This document shows positions 27,330 through 40,764 of a DNA stretch of 248,000 nt, piece after piece. The notes under the pieces are model-generated. The model searched no databases and was not told the DNA's origin. It saw only the letters and a program-made list of their open reading frames with translations. Source of the stretch: Wallemia ichthyophaga EXF-994 (Eukaryota > Fungi > Basidiomycota). The stretch spans positions 20,001 through 268,000 of the forward strand of contig NW_008806284.1 of assembly GCF_000400465.1 (NCBI RefSeq). The letters are read 5' to 3'. The position numbers and the translations under genes were made by a program. Within the stretch, counting starts at the first letter, position 1. Each line of letters opens with the position of its first letter.

Positions 27330-27850
27330 GCGATTTTTCTGTTGGTTTATGGTTAGTTGGGAGATTGAGTAGAGTGAATGTCGAAAACTGTCGAATCAAT
27401 CACAATATCGATTCTCATATCGAGTATAGTGACCTTTTATCCAACAACGCATCAATTCTCAGTTGTCTCAAATTTGCACATGTTTCTATTTCGTACGGAG
27501 TGGGCAGTATGAAAAGTCGCATAAATGAAATTTCCGCGTGTTTATACATCACTGTTCATATCTGTGAAGGCAAAATCATTCATGTTTACCGGTGAAAATC
27601 CGAGTTCGACACAACAACTCTTGTGAGTCTCCGAAACACATTGGGATTGTTGAGCTCGCTGTTGCAGCTTTGAAGCATGGAAAAGGGGCTAATCTCAACT
27701 CGCTCAAGACTGTAGGAGTTAGCCCTATAAATCATAAGAGCCCATGTAAACTAAATCAACTTGTATTTCTCAAAATAACATGGAGACATTGCTTGCAAGC
27801 TTTTCAAGAAATCAAATCTCATGACTTCAATGAAAGTTGTAAATTGCAGT
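27330..27850 (-). pseudogene. Decayed F-box/LRR-like coding remnant
   Basis: Manual translation gives Leu-rich coding-like text (RLFILPTPYEIETCANLRQLRIDALL) broken by in-frame stops. Confidence 0.2.
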
Positions 27851-28104
27851 AGATGACAAACAAAATATTTTCAAGCTGTTTACTCGAAATTAACAGAGAT
27901 GTTCATTACACACCGATGATGTCTTGATTTCAACTCGCAAAGCAGCTAATATTCTCAAGTTACTCCACAAAAGGAACGCCAAGTGGGGGAAGACATCATC
28001 GGAGGAGCAAAGATATCACACAAATAGCATCTGACGTGTGCTGTCTACATATAACGTATAGTATTTTGTATTTATGAAAATTGGTTTCTTACACTCAAAC
28101 GGTG

Positions 28105-28906
28105 ATGATGCTCTGGAGATGTTGTTGGCGGCGGAGGAAAGACAGCAATGATATAAACAACTCCGAGCAGGATGAGCGTACGCGGTTGCTGGACAATGAA
28201 GGAGGTGGTACTAGTGGTGGTGGATCTACGTGAGTTCACAAACCGCTAACACACACCCACTCACCCTTAGTAAATCAGTTACAGCCCAGCGCTACCACCA
28301 GCCACACCAAGCTACAGTCGAAGCCACAGCCATGCTCCCGACTCACAAACCACTGAGAACGACAAGGACACAGCGTCGCTTAACGATATAGTCAGCAAGG
28401 CTTCAGAACAAATGGTCAACATCACAAACTCCAATTCCTCTCTTAAAGCTGCAACGAGCATCCATAGCCTCAGGGATCTTAATTGCCTGTCTAACTGGCT
28501 GCAAGGTGATCCAATCAAGCTGGATAAGGCAACAGACCGCGAACAGGAGCTCATCAAAGATACAGCTTCTGGTCTAGCTGAAGTGTTTGAAAATGCGTTC
28601 GATTTCTCGCTCTCACAGTCAAATAGCGAGGCTAGCTCGAGGAGAGGGAGCATGAAGAGTGAGGGGATTGACGATAAGGGTGGTATTGGTAGTGGTAGCA
28701 AGAGCAACAGCAGGCCTAATAGCATTAACAACAACACCACCACTAACACTACCATCAACTCCTCTGAACAGCACGGTTTGTCATTCAATCAACGCCGTTT
28801 ATCGTTAGATGAACAATCAATGCATGAAGAGTTTGAGAATACACCAAGACAGACACTATCATCAACGCCACGCAATACACACAATACACGCGACAACGTT
28901 TCTTAG
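28105..28906 (+). CDS. LAMTOR1/Ego1-like vacuolar anchor
   Basis: MMLWRCCW (palmitoylation-type CC), acidic dileucine DERTRLL, SLNDIVSKASEQMVNI; one intron. Confidence 0.55.
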
Positions 28907-28909
28907 TTT

Positions 28910-29858
28910 TTACTCCGTCAACATTCTATACCCCTCGTAATACTTGTCGGCGGTTTTATTGACAATATCTTCCGGTATAACTGGTCCGACTGGGCTGTTC
29001 TTGTCGAAACCAACAGATTTCAACCAGTCACGTACATATTGCTTGTCGAATGAGTCAACACCCTTACCAACTTGGTAACCCGCCACTGGCCAGAAGCGTG
29101 AGCTGTCTGGGGTGAGAATCTCGTCAACGACGAGTAGGTTACCCTGTGCGTCCACACCGAATTCCAACTTGGTGTCTGCCAAGATGATTCCCTTGGTTGA
29201 GGCATACTCAGACGCCGACAAGTATATCTTGATAGCAGCCTCCTCGATTCTTTTAGCGAGTGGTTGTGGAATTAGCTTTCGGTACTCTTCTAGTGAGATA
29301 TTCTCGTCGTGATCGCCTTGATCTGCCTTTGTGGAGGGAGTGAAGAGAGGGTGGTCGAATTTTTCACTTTCTTGCATACCAGATTTAACAGGAGCGCCAT
29401 TGACAGTGCCAGATTTCTTATACTCGCTCCACGCTGAACCAGTAATGTAACCTCTGACGATGGCTTCGATTTTGACAATATCGCACTTCTTTACCTGCAG
29501 AGTGCGATCTTTAAGGGAGTCTATGGCGCTTGCAGGGAGGCCCATTTTCTCTACATTCTTCTCTAGCAAGTGATGGCCGACGTGGGTGCCGTCGCTGAGA
29601 ATAATCGGGAAAAGCTTATCGAACCAGAAAGTGGAAAGTTGAGTGAGCAGCCTGCCCTTATTTGGGATGCCCTGGGTGAGTTAGCAGGCGCACAGCCATA
29701 CACACACTACTCACACTCGACAAGATAACGTCAAATGCAGAAATCCTATCCGTAGCGACGAAGAGGAGTGTGTCATTGTAGTCGTAAAGATCCCGCACTT
29801 TCCCAGTTGAAATCTTTTTAAACTCTTTTAAATCGGTGGATGTAATCGGCGCTTCCAT
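28910..29858 (-). CDS. ADE1: SAICAR synthetase
   Basis: [42 protein letters not shown]. Confidence 0.96.
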
Positions 29859-29896
29859 TGGTGGTCTTGTTGAAACAACCAACACAACTCATCGTA

Positions 29897-30583
29897 ATGG
29901 GGGAATATGAATATTTTGGATTCGATTTGAGTTTCTTATCGAGTATTTTGGGTGTGTTTATCATCGTCGGCAGCAGCTTAATCAAGCTACCACAGCTGTA
30001 CACGCTTTATCGCACTGGATCGAGTAATGGACTCAGTTTGAGTGCCTTCTCATTAGAAGCAGTGGCGTACTTTATAAACTACGTCTACGGATACTCTCAT
30101 TCATACCCATTCACGACATACGGCGAGAATCTCACACTGACATTCCAAAACATAGCCATTATAGGGTGTATAATGCGAAGAAAGGTGTATACTGTAATAT
30201 TCGCAGCAATCACTTTCTCATTCCTACTCACCCCGAAACCGCTAATCGACATGACATTCCAACTGTCGATTCCACTCAGTCTGGCGAGCAAACTACCACA
30301 AATACACGCCAACCACCGCAACGCTTCGACTGGATCGCTCTCTCCTATCACTACACTCGCTCAGCTCGGCGGGTGCTGCGTGCGCGTCTTGACCAGTGTG
30401 CATAATGCCGGCGACATACCCATGACTATCTCCTTCGCTGGAGCTGCCCTCTTAAATGGCATCCTCCTCGCTCAAATTGTCCTGTACGCGCGCAATCGCA
30501 GTGTTTACTTACCATCACATACCGCGCAAATTTTACACCCCTCCAATACCAACGAAAAGAGTGGGAAGAGCAGACGTGATTAG
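29897..30583 (+). CDS. PQ-loop protein MPDU1-like
   Basis: KLPQL...GLS, SKLPQI...STGSLS. Confidence 0.85.
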   Translation: MGEYEYFGFDLSFLSSILGVFIIVGSSLIKLPQLYTLYRTGSSNGLSLSAFSLEAVAYFINYVYGYSHSYPFTTYGENLTLTFQNIAIIGCIMRRKVYTVIFAAITFSFLLTPKPLIDMTFQLSIPLSLASKLPQIHANHRNASTGSLSPITTLAQLGGCCVRVLTSVHNAGDIPMTISFAGAALLNGILLAQIVLYARNRSVYLPSHTAQILHPSNTNEKSGKSRRD

Positions 30584-30809
30584 AAGGCTGTTTGTAAAGG
30601 TATAAAATTCGCATTGCATAATACACTACGACAAAAGGAAAAAGCATCAAACAACTCAAATAAGCAATCCAACGTATTCAAGTTACAATATAGAAATTTC
30701 ATCCAAATTAGTGTGTGTGTGACTTTGTATATAAATGCGTAGTATGTACTATCTATAATCAGGAAGAAAGGTGAGCAAAAAGAGTGAAAGTATCTATCCT
30801 CAGACGCCA

Positions 30810-33007
30810 TCAAGTGTCTGGCGCGAACTTGGACATGGAGCGCAGCTTACTGATATTGTATTGTTAGTATAGTCCACACCTACGCACATCAACTCACGGT
30901 CCAAATTTGATCAGTCCGAACGGAATAAAAGACAAGAGAATGGCGAGACATCCCAACAACGTCGATGCCCATCTGGGATTGAGGCGTTCGAACATCTGTG
31001 CCGCAAAGAGTGGGAATCCAGCGCCGAAAGCGGATCTGAATGGGATGTGAATGTGAGTAAAGGTGTCCAAAAATGCCCTAAGACAGTCTCAAAAACACTC
31101 CACCCACCTAATAACAGTGTTTGCAGCGAGTGCCGAACCTGCTGACCAAAGATACGTGTCGATAATGTAGTTGAAGAGGGAGAGGAAAACGAAGAGGATA
31201 CCTATTCCTATGAGAGAAGTGGCTATGAGGGGCGACCAGAACGATATGCTGGGGTAGCTAGTCCACCCAAACCAGAAGAAGGCAATGGCGAAGACTATGC
31301 CACCCAATGCGCCAGGGTACAGTCTCATCTCTGGATCAGGCAGCTTAGGGGCGGTTTTTTCGAGTGCCTTGGTGTATCTGAACGACATACCAGTAAGAAA
31401 CAGTTGCCCCACTCGTGTTCTCGCTACTCACTGTGGGTTAAAGTAGAGAATATTGATGGTGCATGCGATGAAACCTCCAATGAACAGCGGCAGGAACATC
31501 AATCCTTGTATGCCCTTATTGAAACCGTGTCCTGGGGCACCATATACGAACGGGAAACTGTTGCAATGAGTTAGTTTGGTGCGTCCAAACGCAAGCCCTA
31601 ACTCACGACTCGAAGAGGAGATAGAGAATACCATAAACGAAGCTCATGAAGAGTGTCAAAGCAGAGAGCATTGGCTCATAAGCGAGGAGAATAAACGGCT
31701 TGAAAATGGTATTGTGGATGGTGCTCTTGAAATCCGTTTTGCGGAGGTCGAGCGGAGATTTGTACCTGTCATCGCCCGTCTCCTTACGCTTCTGCTTGGC
31801 AATGCGTGCTAGGAGGGCAGGAGCGTATGTCTCGGGCAAGACTAATCCCAGGAGAAGAGTGCAGAAGCCGGCGAAAGCAAAGAGAGCCCAAAAGAGTATG
31901 CGCCAGTCAGCGCCCGCTGCAGCTATAAAGCCTGATATGACGGGGGCTATGGCGGGGCCGGCGAAGGGGGCGAGAGCGAAAACAGACATGGCTGGGCACC
32001 GTGTGTTAGTTGATACAATAGGTGTCTTATGCATGCGTACCAATTCCGCGTGCTGTTTTTGTTCAAGTCAGTAAGTTCTCATTTAAACATAACAACTCCA
32101 ACCCACTCTTGGGGTCCCAGAGGTCACTGATGACAGCACCGCAGACAACCAGCGGCGATGCACCTGTGTAGAGGTATATTTCAATAAAAGGGTCATTCAC
32201 TCAGCATCAACACCTACCGAAACAACCTGTAAGGAAACGAAACACAAGAATAGAGCCGGTGTTGGGTGAGAGCGCGCAACCGATAGTAAGTAAGGTATAA
32301 GGAATGAAAGCCATCAGCATGCCATTTTTACGCCCAAGGGTGGTTTCCGAGAGAGGGCCCCAGAGAAGGGGACCGACAGTGTAACCCGCGACGAAGAGAC
32401 TAACGGCGAGAGTAGCGACCTCGCGGGAGAAACCAAACTCGGCCATTAGTTCTTGTGAGATGCCCGACGGTGCACTACTTGAGAAGGTGGAGTTGAGGAC
32501 GAGTAGGCCAGCAATGAAGGTTAGGAGCCAGCGATAATTAGTGTTCCAGTTTTTGGGATTGCGCGTATCACCATCGTCGAACTTGTCGATCATGAATGGA
32601 TCACTCTTCTCCTCCTCAATAACCTCCTCGGCATCCTCGCCAATGTCGCTGTGGCTGCCGCGTTCGACGTCTTTGCCGAATGCGATGTCGGGGGGGAGGA
32701 CTAGGTCAGTGGCGCCGGCTAGCTCAGCCCCGACACTCGGCAATGGCACACTATCCCTGCGTAGCCCCTTCAAGCTGTCATTCGTCGGCGTTGGATAGAG
32801 ACTGCCTGCGGAAGACTTGCGGTTAATGGATCTGTTGCGTTTAATGGAGGATTGTCGTGCGAAGTTGGCGTCTGGCAGGGTAACTGAGTGGTTGATTGGT
32901 GGTTTAGTTGGTGGATGTTGTAGTGGCTGTTGTGGTTGTTGTGGCTGCTCTGGATGCTGTGGTTGCCTTTGCTGCTGCTGCTCTATCTGCTTCTCATTAT
33001 CAACCAT
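30810..33007 (-). CDS. MFS DHA1 (Tpo/Mdr-like) transporter
   Basis: NPKNW, GPLLWGPLSE, PETYAP..L, YIIDTY; multi-exon. Confidence 0.9.
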
Positions 33008-33321
33008 TCCTAGTTTAAATTGAAATTGAAATTGAGACTGTTATATAAATAGGATGTTGCAGTTACACTCAAAGAACTGCGACCGTCATTTTACCGGATA
33101 TATGTATTGGAGACATGGACCCAATGGCGGGGCCGTAGAGCGTTCTATCGGCGTTGATTGTGGGGATGTGTGGGATGTTTGGGATGTTTATGTGTGTCAA
33201 TTCCATACTGGCACTCCTCCCACTCCTCCCACTTTCGCCGGATTTGATTTGATAAATTGAAATTCTTACGCACGAGAGGTAAGATACGTGCGTAAACAAG
33301 CACCACGACAAGAACCACCAA

Positions 33322-34017
33322 ATGTACCATCTTCTTCGAGGACTCTACACAGAGCTCACACGGCAGACAGAGTACTCGATACTGGTTATTGGTTTGAATG
33401 GCAGTGGCAAGACGACGTTCGTTGAGCATGCTAAAGAGATGTACACAGGCAAGCCACGCTACGAATCTGGTCCAACGATAGGCCAGAATGGTGAGAATAG
33501 ATTTGGTATCTAGATAAACATTATAACACCTCATTCAGTCGTAAAATTACCCGTCAGTAACACTATCCTCCATTTCTGGGATCTCGGTGGTTCATCGGAA
33601 TTTACAAATCTGTGGGATAGGTACTATGGTGACGCACAGGCTGTACTGTTCTTTATAGATGGCACGGACACTCAACGATTGAAAGAAAGTTGGGAGATAT
33701 TCGAGACACTGAAAACACACAGTGATCTACAAGGCATACCAATAGTAGTGTGTGCAACTAAACAGGATAAACAAGGTGCCATGTCTGCAGCTGATATTGA
33801 GAAAAAGTTCATCGACTACTCAAACAATACGCCTAATATACCTTACACCAGTCTAAGCAGCTTGAGTGAGAGGCTGGAGAACAGTCACAGTCATAGCAAT
33901 CAACACAACGACGATAAACGCAATCTAATCCTCAACCTCGTCAACACTGATCAGTCATCGATTAAGAGCGTAATTGATGCTTTGTTTGTGAGAGTACAAA
34001 CGTCTCCGAGGGGTTGA
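33322..34017 (+). CDS. ARL3: ARF-like GTPase Arl3/ARFRP1
   Basis: GLNGSGKT, WDLGG, TKQD. Confidence 0.85.
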
Positions 34018-34138
34018 GAGAGGTATGAACACGAATTATGAATACAGGATTTGAACAGTTTTAACGAAATATAAACACAACACGTAAACACAGTTATAAA
34101 CATACATATGATATAAACACACTAAACAATCCCGCAAT

Positions 34139-34710
34139 CTACTTCAACACAGTCTCAGACCTGCGTATTGCCAGAAATTGCTGGACAGACGACGGCTGGA
34201 GTGTCTTGATGACGTCATAAACCTGCATGCTATTATAACGCAGGCGTGTGCGAGGATCCGTGTATTCACCCAAAAGACCAGTGACATCGCAGTATTTGCC
34301 AGGTGGGAGAAGTGAAGGGGGACACTCAATAGTGAACCAATTTGTGAGATTCTCGGGAAGTGAAGAGAGTTGCTGAATCTCATCTTCAGTGGCCTGTACA
34401 AGGCCATTCTTAACATCCTCCAGTCGCTGTCTTCCCTCTTTGAGACCTTCTAACTGCTGCCTCTCGCGCTCCCTCTCGATGGCCATCACCTGCTTGAATA
34501 TCTTGTTACGCTTGGTGTTGCTCCAATTTGGATTCTTGAATGGCCGCGGCGATTCGTAGAAATTGTAATAATCCACCACTTTGTCGGGTGGTTGGGGGGT
34601 GGACGATGTGGACGCAGACGCGGATGATTGGCGTGGTTTCTTGCGTGGTGGCCTAGAGCGTATTATTGTAAGCTATTTCATTGGCTATAATTATGGTTTT
34701 GTAAATACAT
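34139..34710 (-). CDS. IES6: INO80 complex subunit Ies6
   Basis: IECPPSLLP..KYCDVTGL...YTDPRTRLRY (YL1_C). Confidence 0.88.
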
Positions 34711-34757
34711 TTTATCCTTCTATCCTTCTATCGCGGCGACGGTGACAAAGAAGGAAG

Positions 34758-35280
34758 AATATGTGGTGGGTGCCTAATATCAATTAAATCTCACCTCACA
34801 CTCCACACCTAAGCAAACACGTCCTCAACGCACAAGCAGCAATACGCTCTCCATGCTGCAGAAAGTGGTTCGATGTGAGCAGCTTCTATGGTACAATACA
34901 ACTAACTCAAATCACATTAAAGTGCCCAGAATGCCATGAAGAAAAGGAAGACCATCCCCTCGCTAAATCCATTGAATTGTCCTTCATGTGCAAGAAATGC
35001 AAGCGCGCATTTAGGAAGGATATGACTGTATTTGAAGAGAGCGATGAGTATTGCCCTCACTGTGATAATCATTTTGTAGGTGTTCTTAGGATTACTTGTA
35101 GTAACCCTCACTCATCCCTCACACTAGGTCATCGACGCTAAAACACCAGAAGCTGCACTGATGGTCGAAGGTGAAGATGCACGCGTCGATAACAGGATCA
35201 TCAAAGACGAGAGAGCCAAGATCGATCCAGAGAGGACTATCAACGCCCGCAATGCTGAGTTGAGTGATAGAGTTGGATAG
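34758..35280 (+). CDS. CHY-type zinc-finger protein
   Basis: Spliced MCKHVLNAQAAIRSPCCRKWFDCPECHEE...CKKCKRAFRKD...CPHCDNHF. Confidence 0.8.
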
Positions 35281-35351
35281 TTTGTCGTGTCGTATATCTT
35301 TGGATATTTGTAAATTGTATTATGTATACTCATTCTGCCTCTTTACTCATT

Positions 35352-36320
35352 CTAGTTTATCTCTATAATCATTTGTTTGTCTTCTCCTTGATCTTGTTTG
35401 GATATGTTTGAGTCGCTCGAGTCACTCGAATCGCTCGAATCGCTAGACACACTACTTGTATCACTATCACTATCACTGTCACTGATACTTTCATCAAACT
35501 TCATCACCTCCTTCGTCCTCCACCGCGTCTCTAGCGGCACATCCGACACCATGAGCACTGCAAAATCTATCACTACCGTGCCCCTCAAAGCCTCTATAAT
35601 CTCTTCATCTAGCTGCGTTCGTACATTCTGCCCGTCCTGGCTCTTTATGTAGAAATGGAGAGTGTGGAGGCGATGTTGATCGATATAGCCCGCCTTTTGC
35701 GTGAGGATGTATTCCACACTCATACACTGGGGTATTCCATGCACGACCACCTTCTCACTTTCCTTCTCCTTTACATTCTCACCCAAACTCACCAGACTCA
35801 CCACCTCCACACTCAAATTGAGCTGAGCAGACCGGGCATCCCAGTGCGTGCGATCCCGTCGCCGTCTCTCCATACCGAGCGGACTAAGGAGGAGTTCGAT
35901 GCCCTCGTTTGCGAAGGAGGACTGCATTCTGAGTGCTTTGGCGTGTGGGTGGTGTGGGTGGTGCTGGTGCTGGTTATGAGGATGATGATGTTGTTGCTGC
36001 TGCCCATGAGCCACATGAACCCCTGCTGGTGCCTTTTTCCCTGCCTCCTCCACTTCCCGCTTCGCCTCCTCTAGCAGGGCATAGTCATTTACCAAATCCA
36101 TATGCTTGTAGTCCTTCATCGCTATATATGCCGTCTTGTCCCGCTCTCCGCTGCATCCACGCTCTTCTTTGTGCCTGCGACTGCACGCGAGTGAACAGCT
36201 GCGTAACGTGCATCGCGGACACTTGTATTTCGACACTGCCCCGCATAGCTCACACAAGCTCGTTTGGGAGAAGATGTTGTCTATTTCTGCCATTGTTCGA
36301 TTGTGATGGTGGTGCACCAA
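35352..36320 (-). CDS. BCD1: Box C/D snoRNP assembly factor Bcd1 (zf-HIT)
   Basis: CELC..SKYKCPRC..RSCSLACS..HK...CSG.RDKTAY. Confidence 0.85.
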   Translation of the reverse strand: MVHHHHNRTMAEIDNIFSQTSLCELCGAVSKYKCPRCTLRSCSLACSRRHKEERGCSGERDKTAYIAMKDYKHMDLVNDYALLEEAKREVEEAGKKAPAGVHVAHGQQQQHHHPHNQHQHHPHHPHAKALRMQSSFANEGIELLLSPLGMERRRRDRTHWDARSAQLNLSVEVVSLVSLGENVKEKESEKVVVHGIPQCMSVEYILTQKAGYIDQHRLHTLHFYIKSQDGQNVRTQLDEEIIEALRGTVVIDFAVLMVSDVPLETRWRTKEVMKFDESISDSDSDSDTSSVSSDSSDSSDSSDSNISKQDQGEDKQMIIEIN

Positions 36321-36899
36321 GAAGATTACATCACTCTGATAAGATTAAAGTGGAGAGTGTCTTCATGGTGTATATATGTACGATCGTTCACTCAAAAAAA
36401 ACACATTTACTCTAAGATCGAAAATTTTTGCATGATTTCACAATATACTTAAGCCAAACAAGTCAACGGGTTGCCAGAATCGATAGTATACTCGAAGATA
36501 TCAGCATAAGTCCCACAGCTGTCCTCCACCCTTACCGACATCCACTAACATAAACATAAACTTCAAAAAGTGCATCAAGAAGAAATACATACCGAGGATG
36601 AAGGCTGCTGAATGTTTGAGCATGGAAACCTAATTCAACATTTTGCCGTTTATGACATCAATTGCGTCACGGCAAAGCTAGTATCCAGTGAAATAAATCT
36701 TCCACATAGCGCAGTCTGGATTACACCAGAGTTATTCGCCACCAGTCTAATAAGAAATTGCAATTCACTGACTTGCTCAACCATCTTATATGCTAAAGAG
36801 TGCACCAGTATTTAAAGCTTTCAGCCAAATTTCGCTGATTTGAGATCGGGAAGATAAAATACATTGATATACAAATAAAATACACATGGTAGAACCTTT

Positions 36900-37334
<435 letters not shown>

Positions 37335-37399
37335 TTAATGTTTTTCACAGGGAGGGACATACGGCTTAAATAGTGGCGCGCGTCGTTGAATCATTTTCC

Positions 37400-37600
37400 A
37401 CTTGGGATCACGCGCAAATCAGAATTTGTGGTGGCGGGCGGGAGTGAATGCGAGTAGTGTACAAAAAAAGGTTAATCTGACAGCCAAAAATTTAGGCTAT
37501 CTGGTGATTTGTATTGATCTCAGATTTTCCCACTTTACATAGCAGGATCACGCGTTTTATAAAAAAAAAACAAATGATTTGATCAGATCGTGATCTCTAG
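37400..37600. promoter_or_regulatory. H3-H4 bidirectional promoter with three GATCACG elements
   Basis: GATCACGCG at 37406 and 37546, CGTGATC at 37589, between divergent histone ATGs. Confidence 0.5.
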
Positions 37601-37620
37601 CGCGCGCTGCAAATGCATAA

Positions 37621-38027
<407 letters not shown>

Positions 38028-38284
38028 TTCTCCCATTATATTTACCATCGCATCTATTCCTGTATTAGTAGTCTAGCATACAAATAACTTTATATTGATC
38101 ATCTTCCGACCCGTTAGAACTGCTTAAACATTTTCCGCTTTAACCGCGCGCGTAGCACCGAGGAACGGTAATGAATGTTTATTGTATATATCTAACTTGA
38201 TAGGTAAACAACGCACATTCCAATTTAATAATTTCTGCAGGTTTATTTGATTATTCTATCTCTTCTTGCGGTGTTCCGATCGCG

Positions 38285-39517
38285 ATGCCGCTCCAAAAGT
38301 CGTCGCTCACAATAGACCTGCCCAACACGCACAATGTAATAGTACTCAAAGAGCCAGCGTTCCTTTCCAGCAGTCGCGTGCCCAACTACAGTTCGCAGGA
38401 GGTGTATGAGCTGCGCGGTACGCTTGAGCTCTTTCTGCCTGCGCGGCGGCGCATACGAAGCATACAAGTAAAGCTGCAGAATGTCGAAGAGGCAGTAGTC
38501 CACGGTCGCATGAGTCGGCGGTTAGTCCTTGACGAGACGCTCGAAGTGAGCGTGGACGAGGAGGGGCTAGATCGCGGCGTGCATATATACGAGTTCAACC
38601 TTCGCATAGACAGCCGCACGCCCAACTACGACAGACATCCACGCGGCGGGACGATGCAATACCTCGAAGCGACGGTACAGTTTCACGAGCTGTTTTCGCG
38701 CGCCCTCACACGGCGGATCCCACTCATATTCGTCTCACACCCGAATGGGGAGGGCTTCATACCACTCGATCACGTTCACCGTGACTACGTTGATGATCTG
38801 GGACCACTAGAGGTCAGCTTCAAGACGCAGCATCTCACCATTGCTGGGTATATAATGGTCGAGATGTATCTGCCTAGTCCAGCGCCCGCGCTCGAGATTA
38901 AAGGGCTGAGTGTGACCCTGGAGCAGCACACGAGCATTCATGATAACGGTCACCTCGTTGAGACGTTGCCTGTCGATACACACACGTTGCTGGAAAAGGG
39001 CGGGCGGGAGGACTGCTTAATGCGCGCACCCAACCACAGCGCTGCTATTAGATGCTTCTACTACGTCAAACTCCCCACAGACGATTACTGCAGACCATCT
39101 ACACTTGAATGGTCGATGGCCCGGCTGCGCCATCAACATTTCATTAAATTCGATTTGCTCTACAAGAAGGAAAAGCTGCGGTGCGCGAGTGTTAACGTAC
39201 CAGTCATCTTACCACAGTGCCTTCTCTCGGTCGACAGTGTCACCCTGCCCACTTATAGCGACGCCGGCTATCCAGTCCCTTCAAAACGCCTCTGGGATCA
39301 GCCCCTGCCCCAATACTACAACAACTGCAGCTGTGGTAAAGACTCACTTACCCTCAAAGCAGACGCCGAGGGAGTGCAGAATCTTGATAAATTCACCCCA
39401 AAGAAACAGGGCATCTGGCTCACCGATCTGAGACACAAAGAGGAAAGCATATCGTCGAGAGATTCGTATGAGGAGATACGCGCAGCGAAGCGTGTGAATG
39501 AGTATGTAGTGGAGTAA
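38285..39517 (+). CDS. Arrestin-like protein
   Basis: GTLELFL...IRSIQVKL, YEFNLRI, beta-sandwich pattern; PTYSD near C-terminus. Confidence 0.55.
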   Translation: MPLQKSSLTIDLPNTHNVIVLKEPAFLSSSRVPNYSSQEVYELRGTLELFLPARRRIRSIQVKLQNVEEAVVHGRMSRRLVLDETLEVSVDEEGLDRGVHIYEFNLRIDSRTPNYDRHPRGGTMQYLEATVQFHELFSRALTRRIPLIFVSHPNGEGFIPLDHVHRDYVDDLGPLEVSFKTQHLTIAGYIMVEMYLPSPAPALEIKGLSVTLEQHTSIHDNGHLVETLPVDTHTLLEKGGREDCLMRAPNHSAAIRCFYYVKLPTDDYCRPSTLEWSMARLRHQHFIKFDLLYKKEKLRCASVNVPVILPQCLLSVDSVTLPTYSDAGYPVPSKRLWDQPLPQYYNNCSCGKDSLTLKADAEGVQNLDKFTPKKQGIWLTDLRHKEESISSRDSYEEIRAAKRVNEYVVE

Positions 39518-39694
39518 CAAGTGATCAAGTGATCAACTAATTCAAGGATTTTGTAATTTTTCAACAAAGGATGTATTACTATTTTACAGTTTTTACAGTG
39601 ATTCCGGTGTGTGCTTTGTGTGCAGTGAGTACGCTAGTATGCCAATGAGCCAATGTAATTGTATACTTTACTTTCCTGCGCGCATCCACTCTGC

Positions 39695-40680
39695 TCACAA
39701 CAGCGTCTCACCCAAAGCGGATCTAACGAGCGAGCATCCGACGCTCACAGTCTGCTTTACAGCGCGCTCATCTTCGAGTGTCGGGTTTACTTCCATAAGG
39801 TCAACAGCGACAAGAAGACCAGTCTGATGCAACGCCTCGCAAATATAATGCCCCTCTCTGAAAGTAAGACCACCACGAACCGGTGTACCTGTGCTTGGAG
39901 CCACCGACGGATCCATTGCGTCAACATCGAAGCTTAAATGTACCGGTCTGGTTCCATCAGGATTGACGTCGTTGAGTGCCATTTCGACTACCCTGCCAAT
40001 TCCCCATTTGTCTACATGGTGCATTGAGTACGCGGTGATATTGTGTTCTTTCAGCAGACGCTTTTCGCCATCATCCACATCGCGTAGACCTATATACACG
40101 AGACGTGAAGGGTGCAGCTGCGACTTGATCCAGCTGAATTCGGGTATATCTCCGGCAATGCCGAGCAAGAAAGATAGCTGATAAGTAAGTGGGTTAGTTG
40201 AGACGTCGCACGCATTCCGCACTTATCACTCACTGGACAACCATGCAAATTACCCGTTTCTGTTGTCTCGGGTGTATTCAAGTCGGCATGAGCATCCACC
40301 CACACAACACACAGTTCTGGATGAGCGCTTAAGCTGCCCGAAATGGTCCCCATGGCTAGGCTGTGGTCCCCACCCAGTGTCACAGGAAGCTTGCCTGCTT
40401 GGGCGTGTTTCTTTACCTCCTGGTACACTTTCTCAGTAGCCGCGCTGACTGTTCGTGGATACTTGAGCTTGCCGATGTCCGTATCATTCTCGAGCACGCT
40501 AAATCCGCTATGATCCTCTATGGCGTCGACTGATAGTCCGAGTGTCTCCACCTGCTGCGCGAGGCCGTGCTTTATCAACTGCACAGGCCCAGTCTCCGTG
40601 CCACGCTTAGGCTGTCCGTGACTAAATGGCGCATTAACGAATGCTACTTGTGGTTTTACGAATTTAAAAGGAGTGGACAT
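39695..40680 (-). CDS. CAR1: Arginase
   Basis: GGDHSLAMG, WVDAHAD, HLSFDVDA.DP, GGLTFREG. Confidence 0.96.
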
Positions 40681-40764
40681 GGCGGTTAGTGATGAACAGG
40701 CGTATCGCGTGTTATCAATGATAAAATAAATTAAAAGTACAAAAGAAGAGCGAGACTAATCAAA

